The notes beneath the pieces were generated by a model, which worked only from the letters and a program-made list of their open reading frames with translations, was not told the origin of the DNA and did not search any database. This document shows positions 47,239 to 55,803 of a stretch of 64,000 bases of DNA, piece by piece (positions within the stretch are counted from its first letter, which is position 1; each line of letters opens with the position of its first letter). Source of the DNA: Candidatus Latescibacterota bacterium (lineage in GTDB: Bacteria; Latescibacterota; UBA2968; GCA-2709665); assembly GCA_965226795.1 (NCBI GenBank), contig CBDDDZ010000002.1, positions 448,001-512,000 of the forward strand. Direction: 5' to 3'. A program made the position numbers and the translations under genes.

Positions 47239-49839
47239 TCAGACTGATATGATGCGAAGGCTCTCGATGCCTCGGTCGTCGACTATTTTGACGGCGATGC
47301 GCTGGTTGTCTCCCAGTTCGAAGGGCAGAGAGACCGTTCCACGGTACGCTACGATTAGATCTCGGTCTATCTCCGCCTTGAGATTCTTCGCAAGGCGCGC
47401 CCACCCGTCGTTCTGGCCGCCCATTGGGAAGAACACTTGACGAGGAAACAAGCTACGGCCGTCATAGTCCGAGTCCAGCATCCACATCGCGATTTTATCT
47501 TCTCCGCCCGATTCTACGTCGCCAGTCTTAGTATTGTAATAGTCGAATCCCTGTACTGCTATTTGCCACATCCCAGTGTTCTGACCCTTGCCAATTTGAT
47601 GCACGAAGACGTCCGGCTGCCCGATGAGCCAGAAGCTCTCATTGCTGACCCGTTTGCGCTTCAGATCCCCAGTCAGCAGGTCGGCATTCATCTGCGCCTT
47701 CAGCAGGGCGATGCCCGGCCATTTGGTCTCGTCGATATCCTTGGCCGCTTCGGGGTCGAATTGGAAGGCGGCGAAGACGATGACCCTGGGGCTCGGCCTA
47801 AGCGTTTCGGCTTCCTGGAGGGCATGGTTCACCTGCCGTTGCTCCAATGGCGCGTGATCGGGTCCGAAAGACACGACAATACGCTGGGCTGCTTGCGCCG
47901 AACCTTCCCGTACCGTGTCAGCGCCGTCCTTGTTGGGCAGGCTCTCGCCGTCCGCGTGAAGGTAGCGATAGCCCGGCAAGGGTTCCAAACGTGCAAAGCG
48001 GATGAACTGCCTCGCCTTGCCCCGGATCCCCGTCCTCAAAAGCTCGTCCCGCCAGTCCGCCTGGCGCAGCGTTTCGCCGGAGCGGGCCACCGTGTCATCG
48101 GCGGGCAGAGGCTCGGCGTCGTCAACGTCGTCGATGGGCTTCACCGCCGGGGCAGGCACGGCCTCGACGCTGAAGGGGCCGGTGACCCGCTTCTTGCCGG
48201 TATCCACCGATGGCTGGTCACACAGCGTCTCCTGGGGGGCGTGTCGGGCTATGGCCGCGTCGATCTCGGCTTGGCTCAGGCCTTCCTTGATTTCCGGGTT
48301 GTTGGCGATAGAGCCCAGAGTAATGTGTGGTACGGTCTTGTAGTTGAAGCCGCTGCCCACCCCCTCGGTAGGATGCGCTAGCTTGTAGTAGTTGAAGAAG
48401 GCGGTCATCAGCCGCTGCTTGGCAAGAGCTACGGCCACGCGGGAGGTGTCGCAGGTGATCCACCGGCGCCCCCACTGCTCGGCGACGTAGGCGGTGGTGC
48501 CGGAGCCGCAGGTCGGGTCGAACACCAGGTCACCGGGGTCGGTGGTCATAAGGAGGCACCGCTCAATGACTTTAGATGAAGTCTGTACCGCAAAGGTCTT
48601 ACCGATAGCCCCTTGGGTGTCCGTCCATTGATTGGTGATCTGCATTACGGGATAATCGTCAGCAAAGAAAACATACCCCGGCACGTGCGTTAGCCAACGG
48701 ACACGTCTAGCTGCGAGTAGGCGCTCCATTCCCTGTGGCGTCGTCTTCCAACTTGTCGCCGGATTGGGATATGCCCGCCGCCCGTCCAAATAGAATTCGA
48801 AATGGCACGATTCAGTGTATCCAGTCGCCATTAAGTCTGTGAGTCTGAAATAACGAACAGAGTCGTTCTCGGATTCGGAAACTTCGGACGCTTTTACCAC
48901 GCGACCGTCTTTCAAGAGTGCGTTAGAAAACTGCGTATTCTCTCCGTAATCTCGGGCGCTGAATAGTCGTCGAAACTTCACCTTTCCTTTGTTTTTTGCG
49001 TACCAGACCAGGGAATCAGCTATGTTGGGCAAGTATGCGGCGTTTAGGGGAATTTTCGTCCTAAATGAAATTTGGGACATAAATTGCCCAGGGCCAAATA
49101 GCTCATCCATAAGTGCCCGAACAAGATGAACATTCTCATCTCCTATCTGCACAAACACACTTCCGCTCTCGGTCAGCAACTCCCGGGCCAGCAGCAGGCG
49201 GTCCCGCAGGTAGGACAGGTAAGAGTGGATGCCCAGTTCCCAGGTGTCTCGGAAGGCCTTGATGGTCTCCGGCTCCTGGGTCAGGTCTTCATCCCGGCCA
49301 TCTCGAACGTTGCGCCGGTTGACGAAGGGCTGGAAGTTGGAGCCGTACCGGATGCCGTAGGGCGGGTCGATGTAGACCATCTGCACCTTGCCCGCCATGC
49401 CCTCTTTTTCCAGAAGGCTGTTCATCACCAGCAGGCTGTCGCCAGCCACCAGGCGGTTGGTCCAGTTGTGGCGGTGCTGGTAGAACTCGATGGCGCTGCG
49501 GACCGGCGGGTTCTCTTCCGGCAGTTCGAACAGACTGCCCTGTACGGGGCCACAATTGTCGTCTTGCTTGCGGGCGGCCTCGATAATGGTGCGGGGGTCG
49601 ATGCGTTCGTGAACGTGGAGCGACACCGTGGGCACCGCGAAGGAGGTGTGCTCGGCCTTCCCCGACCACTGCAGCTGCGGGTCCAGGTGAGGGTCATAGG
49701 CATAGGTCTTCCGCCCCGTCTCCGAATCGGTCTCAGGCGTAACCAAGCCGACAGGCGGGTTGTTCAGCCGCTCCTTGTCCCGGTGGTCATAGGACTCAAT
49801 AGGGCGTTTGGATCGGCGCGTGCGTCGTCGTGCAATCAT
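47239..49839 (-). CDS. mod: Type III restriction-modification Mod subunit (N6-adenine DNA methyltransferase)
   Basis: YIDPPY (motif IV), variable TRD, FDPTCGSGTT (motif I), C-terminal VKIVDDRGIE. Confidence 0.93.
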   Translation of the reverse strand: MIARRRTRRSKRPIESYDHRDKERLNNPPVGLVTPETDSETGRKTYAYDPHLDPQLQWSGKAEHTSFAVPTVSLHVHERIDPRTIIEAARKQDDNCGPVQGSLFELPEENPPVRSAIEFYQHRHNWTNRLVAGDSLLVMNSLLEKEGMAGKVQMVYIDPPYGIRYGSNFQPFVNRRNVRDGRDEDLTQEPETIKAFRDTWELGIHSYLSYLRDRLLLARELLTESGSVFVQIGDENVHLVRALMDELFGPGQFMSQISFRTKIPLNAAYLPNIADSLVWYAKNKGKVKFRRLFSARDYGENTQFSNALLKDGRVVKASEVSESENDSVRYFRLTDLMATGYTESCHFEFYLDGRRAYPNPATSWKTTPQGMERLLAARRVRWLTHVPGYVFFADDYPVMQITNQWTDTQGAIGKTFAVQTSSKVIERCLLMTTDPGDLVFDPTCGSGTTAYVAEQWGRRWITCDTSRVAVALAKQRLMTAFFNYYKLAHPTEGVGSGFNYKTVPHITLGSIANNPEIKEGLSQAEIDAAIARHAPQETLCDQPSVDTGKKRVTGPFSVEAVPAPAVKPIDDVDDAEPLPADDTVARSGETLRQADWRDELLRTGIRGKARQFIRFARLEPLPGYRYLHADGESLPNKDGADTVREGSAQAAQRIVVSFGPDHAPLEQRQVNHALQEAETLRPSPRVIVFAAFQFDPEAAKDIDETKWPGIALLKAQMNADLLTGDLKRKRVSNESFWLIGQPDVFVHQIGKGQNTGMWQIAVQGFDYYNTKTGDVESGGEDKIAMWMLDSDYDGRSLFPRQVFFPMGGQNDGWARLAKNLKAEIDRDLIVAYRGTVSLPFELGDNQRIAVKIVDDRGIESLRIISV

Positions 49840-50220
49840 GTGCTCCTAAGGGGCTATTCGACTACCGGCCATTGCGTTCTTGCCTGAATCATTCATGAAT
49901 TTTGTTATTTAGAGCAATATTGGAAGAAATGTGTTGTGCGCGGCCATTTTTGTTTCGGTAGCGTCGGATTTTGGCTCTTGAGGTCGGAGGGTGCTGTCTC
50001 AATGGGTATGGAGGTATGTTCAGCGCGTAATGATCCCGCGGCGTTGCTGTGGTCGTGGGTTTAGGATGCCTTGTCGTACTCGCCCGGCAGACGGCGATGT
50101 ATGGAGATCGCCAGTTCACAGCCGTGAATTCTCGCGTTGTCAGTGACTAGCGTTTCTGGGGAGGTCGCCAGAAATCTTGACGCTTGCAGCTTCTCCATGA
50201 GTATTTCGGGTCCGTTTTTC

Positions 50221-50862
50221 CTACCCAAGCGGGTCGCCGCCGCCGAAAAGGTCTTCGCCTTCTTCGGCGGTTTCTTCTTTGTTCGAGATGCCCCAGATCA
50301 GGCCGTGGGGATCCAGTTCGTTCAGAGGGGGGCCGTCGTAATCCGGTTGCAGTTCGTTCCCGCAGATGGGACAGCAGGCGTACGAGGGATGGTACAGGAC
50401 GTCGCTGTTACAGGTTTTGCAGGTTTTTACCAGTGTGTCCAGCTTTTCTCCGCAGCGCACGCAGTGCTGAAAGTAACCGTCGTAGGGCGTGCTTTTCCCG
50501 CACCCGGAGCAGGTCACCACGTCGTGCAGGCCCAGTTTGTCCGCCGGGGGCTGTTCGACTGACACCGCGTGCCGGTCAGGTACGGAAACGTATTCGGCCT
50601 TGAATGTCTGAAACTTTTCGCGGATCTGGCTGGTTTGAACGCCCAGGTATTTTTCTGATATCGTAATGGTGAAAACCAGGTTGGGCGAGATACCCAGGAA
50701 GTGGATGAGGTCTCGCGTGTTCCAATCCCGCTGTTCGACGATGGTGGCCTTGTGGGTTTCACACAGGCTGAGGAAGTCCTGGATTTTTTTCCGGTTTTCC
50801 CGCCGGCGATTATTGTCTTCCCGTTCAAATTCGTACAGGGTGCCGAAGTCGATACGGATCAT
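50221..50862 (-). CDS. Hypothetical protein with C-terminal double zinc ribbon
   Basis: CSGC, CVRC, CKTC, CPIC; ATGA overlap with uvrA stop. Confidence 0.7.
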   Translation of the reverse strand: MIRIDFGTLYEFEREDNNRRRENRKKIQDFLSLCETHKATIVEQRDWNTRDLIHFLGISPNLVFTITISEKYLGVQTSQIREKFQTFKAEYVSVPDRHAVSVEQPPADKLGLHDVVTCSGCGKSTPYDGYFQHCVRCGEKLDTLVKTCKTCNSDVLYHPSYACCPICGNELQPDYDGPPLNELDPHGLIWGISNKEETAEEGEDLFGGGDPLG

Positions 50863-53630
50863 AATGCGATCACCTCTTTGAGAAAGCGGCCGGTCTGGGA
50901 GGCCGGCGCCGCGGCAACGCGCTCCGGGGGCCCCTCCGCGACGACCCGTCCGCCGGAATCCCCCGCTCCAGGGCCGAGGTCGACAATCCAGTCCGCCCGT
51001 TTAACGACATCCAGGTTGTGTTCGATCACAACGACGGAGTTGCCCTTGTCGACCAGCCGGTCCAGAACGGCGATGAGCGACCGGATGTCCTCGAAGTGCA
51101 GCCCGGTTGTCGGCTCGTCCAGAATATACATGGTTTTTCCCGTAGCCACACGGGAAAGTTCGGAGGCCAGTTTGATTCGTTGCGCTTCGCCTGCGGAAAG
51201 GGCGGTTGCCGATTGTCCCAGCCGGATATATCCCAGACCGACCTCAGAAAGCGTTTTCAGTTTCCGCCGTGCGCCCGGAATATCTCTGAAGAAAGTGTGC
51301 GCTCTCTCCGTCGTCATGTTCAGAACGTCAGCGATCGAACAGCCCTTGAAACGGATTTCCAGGGTTTCCCTGTTGTACCGGCTTCCCCCACAGGTATCGC
51401 AGGTCACGTAGACGTCGGGAAGGAAGTGCATTTCGACCCGTCGCAGGCCGTCGCCCTGGCAGGGCTCGCAACGCCCGCCCTTCAGGTTGAAGCTGAATCG
51501 CCCGGGCGTATAGCCTCGAACCCTGGATTCCGGAAGCTGCGCGTAGAGCTCACGGATGTCTGTGAAAAGATCGGTGTAGGTGGCAGGATTTGATCTGGGC
51601 GTACGGCCGATCGGCGCCTGATCGATTCGGATGATCTTGTCGATTTGTGACAGGCCCTCGACGCCGTCGTGTTCAAGCGGCGTGACCGTGGCGTTGTGCA
51701 GCCTGTTCGCCAGTGCCGGATAGAGCGTACCGTTTATCAGTGTGCTCTTGCCGGACCCGGAGACACCTGTGACGCAGACGAGTATGCCCAGTGGGAGGGC
51801 GACGTCAATGGACTTGAGATTGTGCCCTCGCGCGCCCTTCAATACGATTCGGCCGGAGGGTTGTCGGCTGTCCGGAGGCGGGGGGATGGTCTTCCGGCCG
51901 GAGAGGTACGCGCCCGTAAGGCATTTCCCTGCCGCCATAATTTCCTGAGCGGTGCCCTGAGCCATAAGTTCGCCGCCCTGCTCACCCGCTCCCGGCCCGA
52001 GGTCGATCAGATGGTCCGCGGCGAGCATGGTTTCCCGATCGTGCTCCACGACCAGAACGGTATTGCCGAGGTCGCGCAGCTTGTGCAGCGTATTGATGAG
52101 TTTACGGTTGTCTCCCGGGTGCAGTCCGACGCTGGGTTCGTCCAGAACGTAGAGCACCCCCGACAGGCGCGCGCCGATCTGCGTGGCCATGCGGATACGC
52201 TGCGTTTCACCGCCCGAGAGCGATGCCACGTTTCGTTCCAGGGCGAGATAACCCACACCCACGTCCCGCAGGAAGGCAAGCCGGTTGCGGATTTCATGAA
52301 GAATCGGGTCAACGACCTCCCGGGGGCCCAGCGTTTCCTTCAGCCGATCCGTGAAATTGAAGGCCTCGTCGATGCACATCGCTGCAACCTGCGCGATGTT
52401 TTTTTCGGCAATTCTGACTGCCAGGGCCTCCGTTCGCAACCTGGCGCCGGCACAGTCGGAACATTCAACGGTGCGGACGTACGAATCCAGCCTGGATCCG
52501 GCCTCGTCAGACGCGGCATCCGCAACCCGCCTGTTGAGGGGTGGGATCACGCCGTCGAACCGGAGGGACTCATCGCCCCACAGAATGGCCTCCCTCGCTC
52601 TGGGTGAAAGAGAAGCGAATGGTGCGGCGAGATCGAAACGGTATCGGTCCATGAGGCGCTGGAGCAGATCGAGCGTCGCGCGTCCCTTGGGGACGCCCCA
52701 GGGCGCGATCGCACCCTCCGCAATGGAACGGCGGGTGTCCGGAACGACCCTGTCAGGATCGATATCGGTTCTCTTGCCCATTCCGTTACAGGCTGGACAG
52801 GCGCCGTACGGGCTGTTGAACGAGAACAGACGAGGCGTCAATTCTTCAAAGCCGATGTCGCAGTTTCTGCAGATGAATTGCGTGGAAAAGCTCAACTCGC
52901 GGTCTTCGAGGATATCCAGGAGGACGATACCCCCGGAAAGAGCCAGTGCGGTTTCCAGCGAGTCGGCAAGCCGGCGTTCGATTTTCGGGCGGACGACCAC
53001 ACGGTCGACAACCGCGTCGACCGTGTGCGTCCGCATTGGATCCAGGCGTATCTCTTCGTCCAGCACACGGTCGTGCCCGTCGATTCGCACGCGCACGTAT
53101 CCGTCGCGCCGCAGGCGTTCCAGTTCCTGTTCGAAACTGCCCTTCCGGTTGCGTATCCATGGCGCAAGAATCCGCAGCCGCGAGCCGTCGGGCAGGCCGA
53201 GTACGGTGTCGACGATCTCACCGACGGTCTGGCAGGCAATGGGGTTGCCGCAGTTCGGGCAATGCGGCAGGCCGGCACGGGCGAAAAGGACCCTGAGATG
53301 GTCGTAGATCTCCGTGAGGGTGCCAACCGTCGACCTGGAATTTCCAGAGGCGCGGCGCTGTTGAATGGCCACGGCGGGAGAGAGGCCGTCGATACTCTCC
53401 ACGTCGGGTCTCTCCATCATCTCCAGGAAACGGCGCGCATGTGCGGACATCGCTTCCACGTACCTGCGCTGTCCTTCAGCGTAGATGGTATCGAACGCGA
53501 GCGAGGATTTCCCTGAGCCGGACGGCCCCGTGATGACCACAAACCGGTTTTTAGGTATGTCGAGGTCGAGACCCCGCAGGTTGTGCTGGCGGGCGCCCCT
53601 GATTCGGATGGCGTCGTTGGTAAGAGGCAT
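50859..53630 (-). CDS. uvrA: Excinuclease ABC subunit A
   Basis: GARQHNL, GPSGSGKSSL, FSFNSPYGAC, LSGGE, DEPSVGLH, second ATPase GVSGSGKS, DEPTTGLH. Confidence 0.97.
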   Translation of the reverse strand: MPLTNDAIRIRGARQHNLRGLDLDIPKNRFVVITGPSGSGKSSLAFDTIYAEGQRRYVEAMSAHARRFLEMMERPDVESIDGLSPAVAIQQRRASGNSRSTVGTLTEIYDHLRVLFARAGLPHCPNCGNPIACQTVGEIVDTVLGLPDGSRLRILAPWIRNRKGSFEQELERLRRDGYVRVRIDGHDRVLDEEIRLDPMRTHTVDAVVDRVVVRPKIERRLADSLETALALSGGIVLLDILEDRELSFSTQFICRNCDIGFEELTPRLFSFNSPYGACPACNGMGKRTDIDPDRVVPDTRRSIAEGAIAPWGVPKGRATLDLLQRLMDRYRFDLAAPFASLSPRAREAILWGDESLRFDGVIPPLNRRVADAASDEAGSRLDSYVRTVECSDCAGARLRTEALAVRIAEKNIAQVAAMCIDEAFNFTDRLKETLGPREVVDPILHEIRNRLAFLRDVGVGYLALERNVASLSGGETQRIRMATQIGARLSGVLYVLDEPSVGLHPGDNRKLINTLHKLRDLGNTVLVVEHDRETMLAADHLIDLGPGAGEQGGELMAQGTAQEIMAAGKCLTGAYLSGRKTIPPPPDSRQPSGRIVLKGARGHNLKSIDVALPLGILVCVTGVSGSGKSTLINGTLYPALANRLHNATVTPLEHDGVEGLSQIDKIIRIDQAPIGRTPRSNPATYTDLFTDIRELYAQLPESRVRGYTPGRFSFNLKGGRCEPCQGDGLRRVEMHFLPDVYVTCDTCGGSRYNRETLEIRFKGCSIADVLNMTTERAHTFFRDIPGARRKLKTLSEVGLGYIRLGQSATALSAGEAQRIKLASELSRVATGKTMYILDEPTTGLHFEDIRSLIAVLDRLVDKGNSVVVIEHNLDVVKRADWIVDLGPGAGDSGGRVVAEGPPERVAAAPASQTGRFLKEVIAL

Positions 53631-53645
53631 GGATGATCGGGGAGG

Positions 53646-53675
53646 CAAAACCCCGATCGGGTGACCGGGGCTTTG
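53646..53675 (-). terminator. Putative terminator after tRNA
   Basis: Minus-strand hairpin AAAGCCCCGGTC-accc-GATCGGGGTTTTG directly after CCA. Confidence 0.55.
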
Positions 53676-53677
53676 GA

Positions 53678-53754
53678 TGGTGCGGCAGAGAGGACTCGAA
53701 CCCCCAACCGTCTGGTCCGAAGCCAGATGCTCTATCCGATTGAGCTACTGCCGC
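53678..53754 (-). tRNA. tRNA-Arg (anticodon TCG)
   Basis: GCGGCAGTAGCTCAATCGGATAGAGCA-TCTGG-CTTCGGA-CCAGA-CGGTTGGGGGTTCGAGTCCTCTCTGCCGCACCA; full cloverleaf with encoded CCA. Confidence 0.95.
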
Positions 53755-53768
53755 GAAGGCATTGCACA

Positions 53769-53796
53769 AATATACGTTTCGGCGGCACCGTTGCAA
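53769..53796 (-). promoter_or_regulatory. Putative tRNA promoter
   Basis: TTGCAA-16 nt-TATATT on the minus strand, 14 nt before the tRNA. Confidence 0.5.
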
Positions 53797-53901
53797 GGCC
53801 AAAAATCGCCACTTGACAATGACGGTCAAAATCCAAAGATTAAGGGCTGGTGTCCTGCACTGTGAAGTCTCAATACCGCTGTTGAATCAGGGGGGTGTTT
53901 T

Positions 53902-55191
53902 GTGAACGACCGTTCGGTTGCGTTATTCGAAGCGGCGCAACGGGTGATTCCGGGCGGTGTGAACAGCCCGGCGCGGGCGTTCGGCCCGGTGGGCGGCCAG
54001 CCGCTGTTTATAACGCGAGGAAACGGGTCGAAGGTATACGATGCGGACGGACAGGAATATATCGACTATGTCTGCTCGTGGGGTCCGTTGATTCTGGGCC
54101 ATGCGCCGCCTCGCGTGGTTGAGGCGGTCAAGCGGATCTGCGAACGTGGAACCAGTTTCGGGGCGCCCACGGAAATCGAAGTCAAAATGGCCAAACTGGT
54201 CACCGACCTCGTGCCCGGTGTGGAAATGGTGCGCATGGTGAACTCTGGCACGGAGGCCACGATGTCCGCCGTGCGTCTGGCCAGGGGGTATACGGGAAGA
54301 GAGAAAGTCATCAAGTTCGAGGGGTGCTGGCACGGGCACGCAGACAGCTTTTTGATTCAGGCGGGGTCGTCGGCGCTCACCATGGGCGTGCCCAGCAGTC
54401 CGGGCGTAACCGCGGGCACGGCGGCGGGTACCGTTACCGCGCCCTACAACGATCTGGAGGCGGTGCAGCGGATCGCCGCGGAGAACCCGGACGAGATCGC
54501 GGCCATCATCGTAGAGCCGGTGGCTGGCAATATGGGTGTGATTCCGCCGGCAGAGGGATTCCTGGAAGGGTTGCGCGAACTCACCGCCAATTCGGGCATC
54601 GTGCTGATTTTCGACGAAGTGATTACCGGTTTCCGGGTCCATCCGGGCGGCGCCCAGGCGTTATACGGGATCACGCCCGATCTGACCACGCTCGGCAAAA
54701 TTATCGGCGGAGGGCTGCCGGTGGGCGCATTCGGCGGCCGGCGGGAGATCATGTCGCATATTTCGCCGCTGGGTAAGGGAGTATCGCAGGCCGGGACGCT
54801 TTCCGGAAATCCCCTTGCGATGACGGCCGGTTACGAGACGCTCAAGCAGATCCGGGAACCGGGCGCGTATGAGGCGCTCGAGGGCAAAGCCGCCGCGCTG
54901 GAAGCCGGTTTCCGGGAAAACCTGAAGTCGCTGGGGTTGCCGTTTCGCCTGAACCGGGTCGGGTCCATGATGACCCTGTTTTTTACGGATCGACGTGTAA
55001 CCCGATACGAAGCCGCGGTGGCGTGCGACCAGGAGGCCTTCGCACGTTACTTCCGGCTGATGCTGGCACAGGGCGTGTATCTGGCGCCCTCCCAGTTTGA
55101 AGCGACGTTTGTTTCGCTGGCGCATACCGATGCGGATATCGATCGAACGGTTGAAGCGCAATTCAGGGCCCTGAAAGTATGCGCAGCCTGA
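53902..55191 (+). CDS. hemL: Glutamate-1-semialdehyde 2,1-aminomutase
   Basis: [51 protein letters not shown]. Confidence 0.96.
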   Translation: MNDRSVALFEAAQRVIPGGVNSPARAFGPVGGQPLFITRGNGSKVYDADGQEYIDYVCSWGPLILGHAPPRVVEAVKRICERGTSFGAPTEIEVKMAKLVTDLVPGVEMVRMVNSGTEATMSAVRLARGYTGREKVIKFEGCWHGHADSFLIQAGSSALTMGVPSSPGVTAGTAAGTVTAPYNDLEAVQRIAAENPDEIAAIIVEPVAGNMGVIPPAEGFLEGLRELTANSGIVLIFDEVITGFRVHPGGAQALYGITPDLTTLGKIIGGGLPVGAFGGRREIMSHISPLGKGVSQAGTLSGNPLAMTAGYETLKQIREPGAYEALEGKAAALEAGFRENLKSLGLPFRLNRVGSMMTLFFTDRRVTRYEAAVACDQEAFARYFRLMLAQGVYLAPSQFEATFVSLAHTDADIDRTVEAQFRALKVCAA

Positions 55192-55643
55192 GGGTTATTG
55201 TTCTATTGTCGCTCGGTCTGCCGGGATGCGGCGACGACGGCGATCACTTTACGCGGCTCAGATCCGGTACGCCGCGGGAGCGCGAGGACGCGGCGGCCTA
55301 TCTGGGCGCACGTCGCATTGCCGGGGCGGTTCCCTATTTACGAAAGGCGCTGAGGGATACGGTTCCGGAGGTGCGCGCGAAGGCGATCTGGGGGCTGGGA
55401 ATGCTGGGCGCCGGCGAAGCGCTGCCCGACCTGGTGCCTTTCCTGACAGACAGAAGCCGCCGGTTACGCCAGCAGGCCGCCGTCGCAATTATGCATATCG
55501 AACAGCCGGAGGCCATTCCCGTACTGAAACTGGCGTTGTGGACAGAGAAAGACCGATGGGTCAGGAGCGATCTGGCAAGGGCAATAGAGCATCTCAAGCA
55601 GTTTGTTGGGGAATCGGATATTGCTGAGGGCACATTCCGGTGA
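55179..55643 (+). CDS. HEAT-repeat lipoprotein
   Basis: Lipobox-like LPGC; PBS-lyase HEAT repeats ([19 protein letters not shown]). Confidence 0.7.
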   Translation: MRSLRVIVLLSLGLPGCGDDGDHFTRLRSGTPREREDAAAYLGARRIAGAVPYLRKALRDTVPEVRAKAIWGLGMLGAGEALPDLVPFLTDRSRRLRQQAAVAIMHIEQPEAIPVLKLALWTEKDRWVRSDLARAIEHLKQFVGESDIAEGTFR

Positions 55644-55671
55644 GTGTGTTCCGCGCCGGGCCGGTGAGCGC

Positions 55672-55717
55672 GTTTCGACAAGCTCGCTTCGACAAGCTCA
55701 GCGCAAGCAGTGCAAGC
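55672..55717. repeat. Nested 23-bp REP-like units (TTCGACAAGCTCAG type)
   Basis: GTTTCGACAAGCTC[GCTTCGACAAGCTCAGCGCAAGC]AGTGCAAGC. Confidence 0.55.
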
Positions 55718-55803
55718 AGCGCGAGGAACGAAGCGAGAAGGGATGAATCGTCGGAAGAATGGTAACGTATTTCCGGGACAGGATATTTGGGGGTATCGTG
55801 CAC

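Noticed and set aside
47228..47404. N-terminal extension of the ATPase ORF overlapping mod
   Set aside because: The family-typical start MLTVLKLSNFR with an RBS is at 47227; the extension is an off-frame read of mod.
47239..49839. Phase-variable mod (phasevarion)
   Set aside because: No simple-sequence repeat tract seen in the ORF or its upstream region.
53678..53754. tRNA-Arg as integration site of the defence island
   Set aside because: uvrA lies between them, no duplicated tRNA 3' end was seen near 40-50 kb, and there is no integrase.
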